From assembly GCA_964650715.1 (NCBI GenBank), contig CAZYUL010000001.1, positions 37,938 to 101,937 of the forward strand: 64,000 bases of DNA, given 5' to 3'. Under the pieces are notes generated by a model, which saw only the letters and a program-made list of their open reading frames with translations, searched no databases and was not told the origin of the DNA. Positions 19,187 to 28,552 of this stretch are shown here, piece by piece; positions within the stretch are counted from its first letter, which is position 1; every line of letters starts with the position of its first letter. Position numbers and translations under genes: made by a program. The DNA is from an uncultured Gemmatimonas sp. Lineage in GTDB: Bacteria; Gemmatimonadota; Gemmatimonadetes; Gemmatimonadales; Gemmatimonadaceae.

Positions 19187-19357
19187 CTATGCGGGTGGCC
19201 AGTGGGAGGAAGCCCTAATTCCTACGGACGTCGGGGCACCGAGGTGTCGCCAGGGGGACACACAAGGATACCGTTTCCCGTAGACCAGGGAGCCGCGCCG
19301 GATTCAAACCATCGGCCCCGCCCGACCATCCCATACAGCGCCAGACAACGGCGCCGA

Positions 19358-19927
19358 ATGACCCACCCCCTGCCACTCGAGCCCGACTCACCCGCCCCGT
19401 ACCGGATGTCCGATCCCGAGCTCGCACAGGGCGGGGACCGGAAGGCCTTCGAACGGCTCTACCGTGCGAACGTGGACCGCGTCTTCTCGGTCTGTGTCCG
19501 GATGGTGGGGGATCGCAGCCGGGCGGAGGACCTCACGCAGGATGTCTTCGTGAGGGCGTGGGAGAAGCTCGGGACGTTCCGCGGCGACTCGCAGTTCAGC
19601 ACCTGGCTCCACCGCCTCGCGGTGAACGTGGTGCTCAACGACCGGGAAGCCGAGGGGCGGCGCAGGAACCGGCACGACGACGGGATCGAGGATATGGACA
19701 CGATCGCCCACGGCGACGTGCACCCGCTGCCGATACCGGGCCTCTCGCTCGACCTGGAGCAGGCGATCGCGTCGCTGCCGCCGGGGGCGAAGAAGGTCTT
19801 CGTCCTGCACGACGTGGAGGGCTACACGCACGACGAGATCGCCGAGATGCTCGGTGTGACCGCGGGCGGGTGCAAGGCGCAGTTGCACCGCGCGAGGATG
19901 CTCCTGAGGAGGATGCTGACCCGATGA
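19358..19927 (+). CDS. ECF RNA polymerase sigma factor
   Basis: GDRKAFERLY, AEDLTQDVF, FSTWLHRLAVN, region 4 VFVLHDVEGYTHDEIAEMLG. Confidence 0.92.
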   Translation: MTHPLPLEPDSPAPYRMSDPELAQGGDRKAFERLYRANVDRVFSVCVRMVGDRSRAEDLTQDVFVRAWEKLGTFRGDSQFSTWLHRLAVNVVLNDREAEGRRRNRHDDGIEDMDTIAHGDVHPLPIPGLSLDLEQAIASLPPGAKKVFVLHDVEGYTHDEIAEMLGVTAGGCKAQLHRARMLLRRMLTR

Positions 19928-20610
19928 ACACGCACGACGTCACCAACGAACTGCATCGCGAGAGCTGCGCCGAGTGCCGCGCCGTCTGGGCGGACCTCGA
20001 GCGGATCAGCGCCGATGCCCGCGCCCTGCCGCTGCTCTCGCCGAGCCGCGACCTCTGGTCGGGGATCGAGGCGCGCATCGGCGGGGCCGGTGCCGGCGCC
20101 CGCGCCCATCGGCGCTGGTTCAGCTCCCACGCGGTCCGGCTCGCGGCGGCGGCCTCGCTGCTCGTCGCCGCATCGGCGACGATCACCTGGCAGGTCGCGA
20201 CGCGCCGCGACCCAGCCTCCCCCGGCTCGGGGATCGGGGCGGTCGCCGCGGGCGCCGCGGGCGCCGACGCGCCGGGCTCCGACGTCGGAGCCGACCTCGC
20301 TCCCGGCACCACGGCCGCGTCGCCCGTCGCGGCGTTCCGCGAGGCGTCGAATGCGGCCGAGTACGCGCGACTCGACGGCGAGATCGCGGCGTTGCGGGTG
20401 ATCGTGGACCAGCGTCTCGCGCGCCTCGATCCCGCGACGGTGGACGTGCTCGAGCGGAACCTCGCCCTCATCGATGCGGCGATCGAGAAGAGCCGCAAGG
20501 CCCTCCTCGCCGACCCCGCCAGCCGGTTCCTCGCGACCGAACTGGCGCGGGCGTACTCGACCAAGCTCGACCTCCTCCGCACGACGGCGAAGCTGCCGGC
20601 GGGGACCTGA
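19924..20610 (+). CDS. zinc-binding (ZAS) anti-sigma factor
   Basis: HRESCAEC (Hx3CxxC), one TM helix; ATGA-coupled to the sigma gene. Confidence 0.82.
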   Translation: MNTHDVTNELHRESCAECRAVWADLERISADARALPLLSPSRDLWSGIEARIGGAGAGARAHRRWFSSHAVRLAAAASLLVAASATITWQVATRRDPASPGSGIGAVAAGAAGADAPGSDVGADLAPGTTAASPVAAFREASNAAEYARLDGEIAALRVIVDQRLARLDPATVDVLERNLALIDAAIEKSRKALLADPASRFLATELARAYSTKLDLLRTTAKLPAGT

Positions 20611-20615
20611 ACCGG

Positions 20616-21536
20616 ATGACCACGATGCCTTCCTTCCGCATCACCCTCGGCGTGGCGATCGTCGCCCTCGTCTCCCTCCCGCCGCAGTCCGCGTCGACAC
20701 AGTCGCGGCAGCAGCGGGTGGACACCACCTTCGCGTTCGAGCGCGGCGGGAGCGTCTCGCTCTCGATCGTGAGCGGCGAGATCCGCGTCCGCGCGCACGA
20801 CCGCGCCGAGATCCGCATCATCGCCGACGTGGAACGTGGCCGGCTCGAGACGAGCTTCTCGCGGACCCGGGTGAGCATCGAGGCCCGCGACGTGAACCGG
20901 CGCCTCGGCGAGGCGAACTACGAGCTCGTCGTTCCGGTCGGGACCCGGGTCCACGCCGGCTCGGTCTCCGGCGACATCACGATCCAGGGGACCGGCGACG
21001 AGGTCGAGGCCCACACCGTGAGCGGCGATGTCCTCGTCGAGGACGCGAGCCGGGTCGTGGATGTCGGGACCGTCAGCGGCTCCGCGACACTGCGGCGCGT
21101 CTCCGGCCGGGTCGAGGTCGGCACGGTGGCGGCGCAGGTGCTCGTGGACGGCATCAGCGGGGACCTCTCGGCGAGCACCGTCGCCGCGCACGTGGACGTG
21201 CGGAACGGCCGGCTCACCGGGTTCCGCGCCACCACCGTCTCGGGCGGCATCACCTACGACGGCACCTTCACGCGCGACGGACGCTACGACCTCAACACCC
21301 ACTCGGGTGCGATCCGCTTCGCGCTCCCCGCGAACGCCGGCGCCGACCTCGAGCTCGAGACCTTCAGCGGCAGCATCTCCAGCGACTTCCCCCTCACCCT
21401 GCAGCCGGACAACGCCGTCGGGCGGCGTGCGCGTCGGATGCAGTTCACCATCGGCGAGGGCGGCGCGCGCATCCGCGCCGAGACCTTCTCCGGCAGCATC
21501 ACCATCCGGCGCCTCCCGGCGCGCCCACAGGAGTGA
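20616..21536 (+). CDS. DUF4097 beta-strand repeat protein
   Basis: Signal peptide; repeated (S/T)VSGD/ETFSGSI motifs; ISSDFP. Confidence 0.82.
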   Translation: MTTMPSFRITLGVAIVALVSLPPQSASTQSRQQRVDTTFAFERGGSVSLSIVSGEIRVRAHDRAEIRIIADVERGRLETSFSRTRVSIEARDVNRRLGEANYELVVPVGTRVHAGSVSGDITIQGTGDEVEAHTVSGDVLVEDASRVVDVGTVSGSATLRRVSGRVEVGTVAAQVLVDGISGDLSASTVAAHVDVRNGRLTGFRATTVSGGITYDGTFTRDGRYDLNTHSGAIRFALPANAGADLELETFSGSISSDFPLTLQPDNAVGRRARRMQFTIGEGGARIRAETFSGSITIRRLPARPQE

Positions 21537-21541
21537 GACCC

Positions 21542-22336
21542 ATGAATCGCAGCCTGCTCGTCGGCACCCTGCTCGCCGCGACCGCCGCCACCGCGGCGGC
21601 GCAGGAGAGCACCACCTGGGACTGGAGCGGCCAGCTCGGCGACGGCCGCACCGTGTACCTCCGCAACGTGAATGGCGACGTCCGCTTCGAGCCCGGCTCG
21701 GGGAACACCGTCGAGGTCCGCGCGATGAAGCGCTGGCGCCGCGGCGATCCCGAGTGGGTGCGGATCGAGGCGCGCACCACCAGCGGCGCCCGCGGCGGCG
21801 ACATCATCATCTGCGCGCTCTTCAGCGAGCGCGCGACCTGCGACGAGGATGGATATCACGGCAACAACGACCGGGACCGCGACGGCTGGCGGCGGAACAA
21901 TGACGTCTCGGTGGACTTCGTCGTGCGGATCCCGCGCAACGCCCGCGTCGACGCCTCGACCGTCAACGGACAGATGATGGTGGATGGCACCGACGCGGAC
22001 ATCGATGCCAGCACCGTGAATGGCGACGTCGAGGCCCGCTCGACCCGCGGCCGCGTCGAGGCGAGCACCGTGAATGGCGACGTCACCGTCCGGACCGCCA
22101 GCCCGGACCGCGGCGTCTCCTACTCCACCGTCAACGGCTCGATCACCGTCGAGATGCCGACGGGCACCAACGCCGAGGTGGACCTTTCGACGGTCAACGG
22201 CCGCATCTCCTCGGATTTCCCGATGACCCTCGACGGAACCATCAATCCGCGCCGCATCCGGGCCGACATCGGCAACGGCGGCCCGACGATCCGCGTGCGG
22301 ACGGTCAACGGGAGCATCCGGCTGCGGAAACTCTGA
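21542..22336 (+). CDS. DUF4097 beta-strand repeat protein
   Basis: Signal peptide; repeated STVNGD motifs; ISSDFP; GGAG SD. Confidence 0.82.
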   Translation: MNRSLLVGTLLAATAATAAAQESTTWDWSGQLGDGRTVYLRNVNGDVRFEPGSGNTVEVRAMKRWRRGDPEWVRIEARTTSGARGGDIIICALFSERATCDEDGYHGNNDRDRDGWRRNNDVSVDFVVRIPRNARVDASTVNGQMMVDGTDADIDASTVNGDVEARSTRGRVEASTVNGDVTVRTASPDRGVSYSTVNGSITVEMPTGTNAEVDLSTVNGRISSDFPMTLDGTINPRRIRADIGNGGPTIRVRTVNGSIRLRKL

Positions 22337-22354
22337 CCGGGAGCGGGGCGTAGG

Positions 22355-22382
22355 TCGGGGCACCTGATCCGAGGTGCCCCGA
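22355..22382 (+). promoter_or_regulatory. 11-bp stem hairpin covering the SD and the first base of the start codon
   Basis: TCGGGGCACCT-GATCCG-AGGTGCCCCGA is a perfect inverted repeat. GAGGT (22371-22375) runs into the 3' arm, which ends on the A of the ATG. Confidence 0.6.
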
Positions 22383-23209
22383 TGTCCCGCCACCGCCCCT
22401 TCCTCGTCCTGGCTGCCGCGACCGGCCTCGTGATGGCCGCATGCTTCCGGGGAGAAGGCCCGCTCCAGCACCGGGAGCGGGCTTTCGTCTGGGAGGGGGT
22501 GGCCGGACCGGGGATGACGGTCCGCGTGCGCGACTTCAACGGCGCCATCACCGTCGAGCCCTCGCCAGACTCCGTCGTGCGCGTCACCGCCGACATCTCG
22601 TGGCGGCGAGGCGACCCCGAGAAGACCCTGCACTTCACCGGCAGCAGGGTCGGGGAGGACGTGCTCATCTGCGCCGTCTGGGGCCAGGGCACGTGCTCGG
22701 TGAGGGACTACTCCTCGAGCTTCAACATGTCCCGAGGGGTGACCGACGCCCGCGTGCACTTCAAGCTCGCCGTGCCGGCCGGCGTCCGGCTCGACCTGCG
22801 CTCGGTGCTCGGGGACATCACCGCCGCCGCGAGCGCGCCGGTAGAGGCCCGCACGACGAACGGCGACATCATCGTCGTCACCGCCGTCGGTCCCGTGCGC
22901 GGGGAGACCACCAACGGCGACGTGGACCTCCGGATGACCTCGATGACCGGGAGCGACTCCGTGGTGGCGAGCACGCTGAACGGCGACGTCTTCGTCTTCC
23001 TCCCCGAGGACGCGGCGGCGCGGGTGGATCTCGCGACGACGAGCGGATCGGTCTCCACCGAGTTCCCGATGTTGGTGACCGGAGCGCCGAGCCGACGGCG
23101 GCTGCAGGCGACTCTCGGCGCCGGCACCCATCCCGTCCGCATCCGCACCGTGAATGGCGACGCCGCGCTGCGGCGCCTGGACGCCGAGGGACGCGCCGCG
23201 CGGCCCTGA
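22382..23209 (+). CDS. DUF4097 beta-strand repeat lipoprotein
   Basis: Lipobox-like MAAC; repeated TTNGD motifs; VSTEFP. Confidence 0.8.
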   Translation: MSRHRPFLVLAAATGLVMAACFRGEGPLQHRERAFVWEGVAGPGMTVRVRDFNGAITVEPSPDSVVRVTADISWRRGDPEKTLHFTGSRVGEDVLICAVWGQGTCSVRDYSSSFNMSRGVTDARVHFKLAVPAGVRLDLRSVLGDITAAASAPVEARTTNGDIIVVTAVGPVRGETTNGDVDLRMTSMTGSDSVVASTLNGDVFVFLPEDAAARVDLATTSGSVSTEFPMLVTGAPSRRRLQATLGAGTHPVRIRTVNGDAALRRLDAEGRAARP

Positions 23210-23260
23210 CCCCCGCTCGGGGCCGGGGGGGTATATTCCGGGGTCCTCACCCCGGGTCCC

Positions 23261-23935
23261 ATGAACCAGTCCATCCCGTACCAGGGCGTCATCGTCCGCA
23301 CCGGCGCGGAGCGCGCGACGCTCGTCAAGCGCACCTACCTGCTGGTCCTCGCGGGGGTGGTGCTCACGATCGCCGGCGTCGCATTCACGTTCTCGCAACC
23401 GCGGCTGCTGCAGGCGGTGGCCGCGCACCCGATCATCACGATGCTCTGCGCCTTCGCGCCGCTGCTCCTCGCGATGCGCGCCCGCACCGCGTTCCCGGCG
23501 AACATCGGACTGGCCCTGCTCTTCACCTTCACGATGGGGGTGATGATCAGCCCGGTGATCTACGTCTACAGCGCCACGCAACCGGGGCTCATCACGCAGG
23601 CGGGACTCCTCACGCTCTCGACCTTCGGCGTGCTCACCGGCTACGCCTGGGTCTCGAAGCGCGACTTCAGCGCCTGGGGGAGCTTCTTCGTCGTGGGACT
23701 CTGGGTGCTCATCGGCACCTCGTTGCTCAACATCTTCTTCCAGAACCAGACCGCGTCGCTCTGGATCGCCGCGGCATCCGTGCTCGTCTTCGCCGGCCTG
23801 CTCATCTTCGACACGTGGCGCCTCCGGAACGTCTACGGCCCGGATGACTACGTGCAGGCGGCGGTCGCGATCTACCTCGACCTGCTGAACATGTTCATGG
23901 CGATCCTCCGGCTGCTGGGGGGCCGGCGCGACTGA
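23261..23935 (+). CDS. Bax inhibitor-1/YccA family membrane protein
   Basis: Seven TM helices, KRDFS, LIFDT, AVAIYLDLLNMF. Confidence 0.92.
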   Translation: MNQSIPYQGVIVRTGAERATLVKRTYLLVLAGVVLTIAGVAFTFSQPRLLQAVAAHPIITMLCAFAPLLLAMRARTAFPANIGLALLFTFTMGVMISPVIYVYSATQPGLITQAGLLTLSTFGVLTGYAWVSKRDFSAWGSFFVVGLWVLIGTSLLNIFFQNQTASLWIAAASVLVFAGLLIFDTWRLRNVYGPDDYVQAAVAIYLDLLNMFMAILRLLGGRRD

Positions 23936-24206
23936 TCCGCCTCGCGAGCTCGAGGTCGAGTGCGGTGATCCCGCCGGCGCTGTGGGTGGAGAGCGTCACG
24001 ATGACGCGGTTGTAGCGAAGGTCGACATCCGGGTGGTGGTCCAACTCCTCCGCCGGCTCCACCAGCCGGTCGACGAATGCGACCGCCTCCGGGAAGCCCG
24101 CGAACCCGAACGTCCTCCTCAGGGCGTTGCCTTCCCGGTTCCATCCCCCGAGGTCCGCGAGTCCAGCGGCGATCTCGGAATCGGTGAGCAGGGTCCGCTT
24201 TCCCAT
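23895..24206 (-). CDS. phhB: pterin-4-alpha-carbinolamine dehydratase
   Basis: AEELDHHPD, LSTHSAGGITALDLELA. Confidence 0.9.
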   Translation of the reverse strand: MGKRTLLTDSEIAAGLADLGGWNREGNALRRTFGFAGFPEAVAFVDRLVEPAEELDHHPDVDLRYNRVIVTLSTHSAGGITALDLELARRISRAGPPAAGGSP

Positions 24207-24297
24207 GGGTGATTCCTCCTGACGCAGGGTTCTCCGGACGGGGGCGTGCGGCTCCTCCGGACGTGTGGCGCGTCCCGGAATATCGTACCTTCCCGAC

Positions 24298-24738
24298 GTG
24301 CCATCCTCGACCCTCTCCCTGCTCCGGCGCGGCCTGCTGGCCCTCCTCGCCCTCGGCGCGGTCGGCCTGATCAGCGAGCTGATCCTGCTCGAGCACTACG
24401 AGGAGCGGGCGATGTGGATCCCGCTCGGGCTGCTCTCGATCACCCTCGTCGTGATCGCCTGGCACTGGTGGGACGAGGGGCGCCGCAGCCTCCGGGTCCT
24501 GCAAGCGGTGATGATCCTGCTCGTCGTGGCCGGCCCCGTCGGCGCGATCCTGCACGTGCGCGGGAACTACCTCTCGGAGCGGGAGTTCGACCCCGACCTC
24601 CTCGGGTTCGACCTCTGGGTCGCGGTCTTCCGCGGCGAGGCGCCGGCCCTCGCGCCTGGCACGCTGGTGCAGTTCGGCCTACTCGGCCTCCTCTATGCCT
24701 ATCGCCACCCTTCACTCGGTCCCTCACAGGAGACTTGA
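24298..24738 (+). CDS. four-TM hypothetical membrane protein
   Basis: Hydrophobic helices with ELILLEHYE, GAILHVRGN, APALAPG. GTG start 6 nt after TACCTT. Confidence 0.72.
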   Translation: MPSSTLSLLRRGLLALLALGAVGLISELILLEHYEERAMWIPLGLLSITLVVIAWHWWDEGRRSLRVLQAVMILLVVAGPVGAILHVRGNYLSEREFDPDLLGFDLWVAVFRGEAPALAPGTLVQFGLLGLLYAYRHPSLGPSQET

Positions 24739-24739
24739 G

Positions 24740-25378
24740 ATGCGAACCAGTCCCGTTGTGCGCGCGGTCGTCGGCGTGACGTTGATCGCGCTGGCGAACC
24801 GCGCGGAGGCCCAGGTCGGACGCTCCGTCGGCGTCCGCGACGCCAATACCGTTCCCGAGGCCGAGATCGCCACGATGCCCGGGATGACCGCCGAACTCGC
24901 CAAGGCCCTCGTCGCCGCGCGCCCCTTCGCGGGGATCCGCGAACTCGACGCACACCTCACGCCGAAGCTCTCCGCCGAGCAGCGTTCAGCGCTCTACGCG
25001 CGGCTCTTCGTGCACATCGACCTGAACTCGGCGCCGCGGGAGGAGATCGCCCTCATCCCCGGCATGGGCCCGCGGATGATCCGGGAGTTCCTCGAGTACC
25101 GGCCATACCGTGACATGGCGGTGTTCCGCCGCGAGATCGGGAAGTACGTGAACGCCGAGGAGGTCGCGCGCCTCGAGCAGTACGTCTTCGTCCCGCTGGA
25201 CCTCAATACTGCGAGCGACGACGACCTGATGACGATCCCCGGGCTCGGACCGCGGATGCTGCGTGAATTCAAGGAGTATCGGCCCTACCGCAACGTCGAG
25301 CAGTTCCGCCGGGAGATCGGGAAGTACGTGGATGCGAAGGAGGTCGCGCGGCTGGAGCGGTACATCGTGATCCGCTGA
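24740..25378 (+). CDS. secreted tandem helix-hairpin-helix (ComEA-like) protein
   Basis: Signal peptide; repeats of DLN(S/T)A...IPG(M/L)GPRM.REF.EYRPY...FRREIGKYV. Confidence 0.82.
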   Translation: MRTSPVVRAVVGVTLIALANRAEAQVGRSVGVRDANTVPEAEIATMPGMTAELAKALVAARPFAGIRELDAHLTPKLSAEQRSALYARLFVHIDLNSAPREEIALIPGMGPRMIREFLEYRPYRDMAVFRREIGKYVNAEEVARLEQYVFVPLDLNTASDDDLMTIPGLGPRMLREFKEYRPYRNVEQFRREIGKYVDAKEVARLERYIVIR

Positions 25379-25382
25379 GCCA

Positions 25383-25868
25383 TCAGCGTACGCTCGCCGG
25401 CGCCTTGGACGGCGCCTTGGACGGCGACGTCGCCGGTGGCGGCGAGGTGGTGGGCGGGGCGCAGAGGTGCTGGAGCGCGACGCCTGAGAAGTTCGAGGTG
25501 AACACCGGTCCGAACCCTGGCGTCCTTGGAGCGCGGCGCTCATAGACCGTTCCCTTGGCCTCGTCGTGGTAGATGATCGTCTCCTTCACCGCGACCTTCT
25601 TCGCGGCGCAATCGAACATCGCCGTCGCCCGTGTCGCGGTGATCGGCCCCCTGGGCGTGGACACCGGCTTGGTATAGGTGGAGCGAAGGGTCGCCGTGAT
25701 GATCCCCGCACTGTCGCGCGACACGCTGCGCGGGTCGAGGAACACCGGATTCCCGGTGGAGGTCATGCCGATCTGGCGCCAGCGCCCCCCCTGTGCGCTC
25801 GCCGTCCCGATCGCCAGCGCCGCCACCGCGATGCCGACGGCCACCGAACGGATCCGCGCCGGCGTCAT
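25383..25868 (-). CDS. secreted hypothetical protein (surface-adhesin E-like)
   Basis: Signal peptide ending ASAQ, W...VFLDPRSV, FDC...C pair, Pro/Ser/Lys-rich tail. Confidence 0.65.
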   Translation of the reverse strand: MTPARIRSVAVGIAVAALAIGTASAQGGRWRQIGMTSTGNPVFLDPRSVSRDSAGIITATLRSTYTKPVSTPRGPITATRATAMFDCAAKKVAVKETIIYHDEAKGTVYERRAPRTPGFGPVFTSNFSGVALQHLCAPPTTSPPPATSPSKAPSKAPASVR

Positions 25869-26074
25869 CCGACCTCCACCATCCGCACCACGCGGTGTCC
25901 GCAGGTGCCGCACTTGCCGATCAGCGCGAGCTCGTTGCCGCGCATCTCTCCCTCCACCAGATCGAAGTGTCGGGTCGCGAGGCAGAAGGAGCAGAAGCCG
26001 CTGTCGAGCAGCTTCGCCTTCGTCGCGTCGGGCACGCGGTCCCAGATCGCCTGTGCTTCGGCCGTGAATGCCAT
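25865..26074 (-). CDS. small zinc-ribbon protein (69 aa)
   Basis: CSFC and CGTC pairs; GGAG SD; stop overlaps the next start. Confidence 0.72.
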   Translation of the reverse strand: MAFTAEAQAIWDRVPDATKAKLLDSGFCSFCLATRHFDLVEGEMRGNELALIGKCGTCGHRVVRMVEVG

Positions 26075-26219
26075 CGTCTCCCCCCGAGTGCGTGCGCGCC
26101 TCGGCGGTAGGATGGCGACGCGTCGCGTCGGACGCCAGTTGCCGGGGAGCGTCCGACAGCCGGAACCCTGGCCGCCTCCGCGCTGTACGTTCAAGGACAC
26201 GATCACCGGACGCTCGCGC

Positions 26220-26744
26220 ATGGCCTCGCACGACGACTGCACGACCCCCGATCTCCCTGACTGCGCCTTCGACTCCGGTCGCCGCGCCTTCCTGTGGGAC
26301 GGCCTGCGCGCCGTGGCCGCGCTCACCGCGGTCGCCGGAGGCGCGGTCCCGCTCCACGCCTTCGCGCGTGAGGAGGTCGAAGGCGCCGCGCTGGCTGGTG
26401 ACCTGCTGAGCTATCCCCTGCCGACCACCGACGGGGCGACGATAGACAAGGCGAACCGCGTGATCCTGGTGCGCTTCCAAGGGATGGTGCACGCCTTCTC
26501 GCTCGAATGCCCGCACAAGGGGACGATGGTGACGTGGGAGCCGCAGAACGCGCGCTTCTTCTGCCCCAAGCACAAGAGCACCTTCAAGCCCGAGGGGACG
26601 CGCATCCAGGGGAAGGCGCCCCGCAACCTCGACCGGTTCGCGATCCGCGTGGAGGACGGCAAGGTGCTCGTGGACCGCGCGCGTGAACTCGACAGCAAGA
26701 GGGACGCCGCGGGCTGGGCGTCGGCGGGCGTGAAGGTCGGCTGA
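26220..26744 (+). CDS. Tat-exported Rieske (2Fe-2S) protein
   Basis: GRRAFL Tat motif; CPHKG and CPKH ligand motifs; GKAPRNL. Confidence 0.88.
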   Translation: MASHDDCTTPDLPDCAFDSGRRAFLWDGLRAVAALTAVAGGAVPLHAFAREEVEGAALAGDLLSYPLPTTDGATIDKANRVILVRFQGMVHAFSLECPHKGTMVTWEPQNARFFCPKHKSTFKPEGTRIQGKAPRNLDRFAIRVEDGKVLVDRARELDSKRDAAGWASAGVKVG

Positions 26745-26822
26745 GTCGCCGCAACGGGGTGATAGCGGACGAGGGCACGCGTGGGTGAGCGTGCCGATGT
26801 CGCTTCACCCGAGGATCCCCTG

Positions 26823-28532
26823 ATGGCACGCCAGCTCCGTCACGCGCTTCCGCTCGCCGCGATCGCGACGGCGTTCTCGCTCGTCCCCCCCGCACCCGCG
26901 CAGGGCGGCCCCGCCGGCCCCGCGCTCCCCGCCGCGGTCCAGCAGGCGCAGGCGTACCTGCAGGGCGGCAAGGTGGACAGCGCCATCGCCGTCCTCGAGC
27001 CGTTCGTCGCGGCGACGCCGGCCGCGGTCGGAGCGCGGCTCCTGCTCGGCGACTCGTATCGCCGCCGCGGGGACCTGGACCGCGCGGTCGCGACCTACGG
27101 CGGCGTGCGGGCGCCGCTGCAGCCGCGGCTCACGGCGCGGTACCGCGCCGCGCAGGTCGAGGCGGGACGCGGCCGAGCCGATGCCGCGTTCGCGCTGATC
27201 GACACGCTCCGCGCGAGCGGATCGTGGGACCTCGACCTCGTGCTCGACAGCGCGGCGTTCGCGCCGCTCCGCGCCGACGCGCGGTTCGCCCGCATCGCGT
27301 GGCGGCCGGCGGATTTCACGCCGCCATTCGTCGAGCGGGTGCGGATCATCCACGAGTGGGCTGGCGAGGCGAAGAACGACCAGTTCAGCTGGATCGCCCG
27401 CGGCATCGGGGATGTGGACGGCGATCGGATCACCGACATCGTGACCTCCGCGCCGACCCACGGGAACGATGCGCAGCCGGGCGCACCGGGGCGGATCTAC
27501 GTCTACTCCGGGAAGAGCGGCCGTCTCCTCTGGCAGGCTGACGGCCAGGGCCGCGAGATGCTCGGCACCGGGCTCGAGGGCGCCGGCGACGTGGATGGCG
27601 ATGGCATCCCGGACGTCATCGCCGGTGCGCCGTTCGGGAACCGGGCCTACGTGTTCTCCGGCCGCGACGGCCGCGTGATCCACCGGATCGAGGGGCCGAC
27701 GGCGAGCGAGCGGTTCGGCTCCTCGGCGTCGGGCGCAGGGGACCAGGACGGCGACGGGCGGGCCGATCTCATCGTCGGGGCGCCCGCGAGCAACGCGAAC
27801 GGCCAGGGGGCCGGCCGGGCGTACATCATCTCCGGTCGCAGTGGTCAGGTACTTGTCACGCTCGACGGCGGCAATGCCGGGGACGGCTTCGGCAGCATCG
27901 TCGCCGGCGCGAAGCACGGGACGCGGACACCGGTACTCGTCGGAGCGCCGGGCGCGGTCGTGCCGGGCGTCCCGGGGCGCGGTCGCGTGTTCGTGTTCGA
28001 CGCCGGCTCCCGCACCCCGCGATTCACCGTCGACGCCGACTCCACCGGCGGCGCACTCGGCGCGATGTTCACCTCGCTCGTCGGCGACGTGGACGGCGAC
28101 AGGGTCGCCGATGTGTATGCGAGCGACTTCGCCAACTCCGCCAAGGGCCCTGCTACGGGACGCATCTATGTGCACTCCGGTGCCGACGGCCGCCGCATCC
28201 GCACCTTGACCGGTTCGGCCGGCGAGGGCTTCGGGATCGGCTCCGCCGATGTCGGCGACGTCAACCAGGACGGCTACGACGACCTGCTGCTCGGCGCGTG
28301 GCAGCACGGCTCGGTAGCGCAATCGGGTGGCCGGATCTACCTGCACTCGGGGAAGGACGGGGCGCTGCTGCGCACCATCAGCGGACGGGTGCCGGGCGAG
28401 ACGCTCGGCTTCGATGCCACCGGCGTCGGCGACATCGACGGCGACGGTACGCCCGACCTGCTCGTCACGTCGTCCTGGAGCAACATCAGGGGATTCCGGT
28501 CCGGACGGATGTTCGTGATCTCGGGACGCTGA
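26823..28532 (+). CDS. secreted TPR plus FG-GAP (integrin alpha-like) beta-propeller protein
   Basis: Signal peptide, TPR-like helices, six GDx(D/N)xD calcium loops with GAP and GRxYxxSG repeats. Confidence 0.85.
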   Translation: MARQLRHALPLAAIATAFSLVPPAPAQGGPAGPALPAAVQQAQAYLQGGKVDSAIAVLEPFVAATPAAVGARLLLGDSYRRRGDLDRAVATYGGVRAPLQPRLTARYRAAQVEAGRGRADAAFALIDTLRASGSWDLDLVLDSAAFAPLRADARFARIAWRPADFTPPFVERVRIIHEWAGEAKNDQFSWIARGIGDVDGDRITDIVTSAPTHGNDAQPGAPGRIYVYSGKSGRLLWQADGQGREMLGTGLEGAGDVDGDGIPDVIAGAPFGNRAYVFSGRDGRVIHRIEGPTASERFGSSASGAGDQDGDGRADLIVGAPASNANGQGAGRAYIISGRSGQVLVTLDGGNAGDGFGSIVAGAKHGTRTPVLVGAPGAVVPGVPGRGRVFVFDAGSRTPRFTVDADSTGGALGAMFTSLVGDVDGDRVADVYASDFANSAKGPATGRIYVHSGADGRRIRTLTGSAGEGFGIGSADVGDVNQDGYDDLLLGAWQHGSVAQSGGRIYLHSGKDGALLRTISGRVPGETLGFDATGVGDIDGDGTPDLLVTSSWSNIRGFRSGRMFVISGR

Positions 28533-28552
28533 ACGGGGTATGTTGGGGGCCG

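Noticed and set aside
19187-19357. Specific ECF promoter assignment upstream of the sigma gene
   Set aside because: Candidates such as CAAACC...CATCC exist but cannot be told from chance without an ortholog alignment.
25401-25426. 12-bp direct repeat GCCTTGGACGGC
   Set aside because: It encodes the low-complexity PSKAPSKAP tail of a secreted protein.
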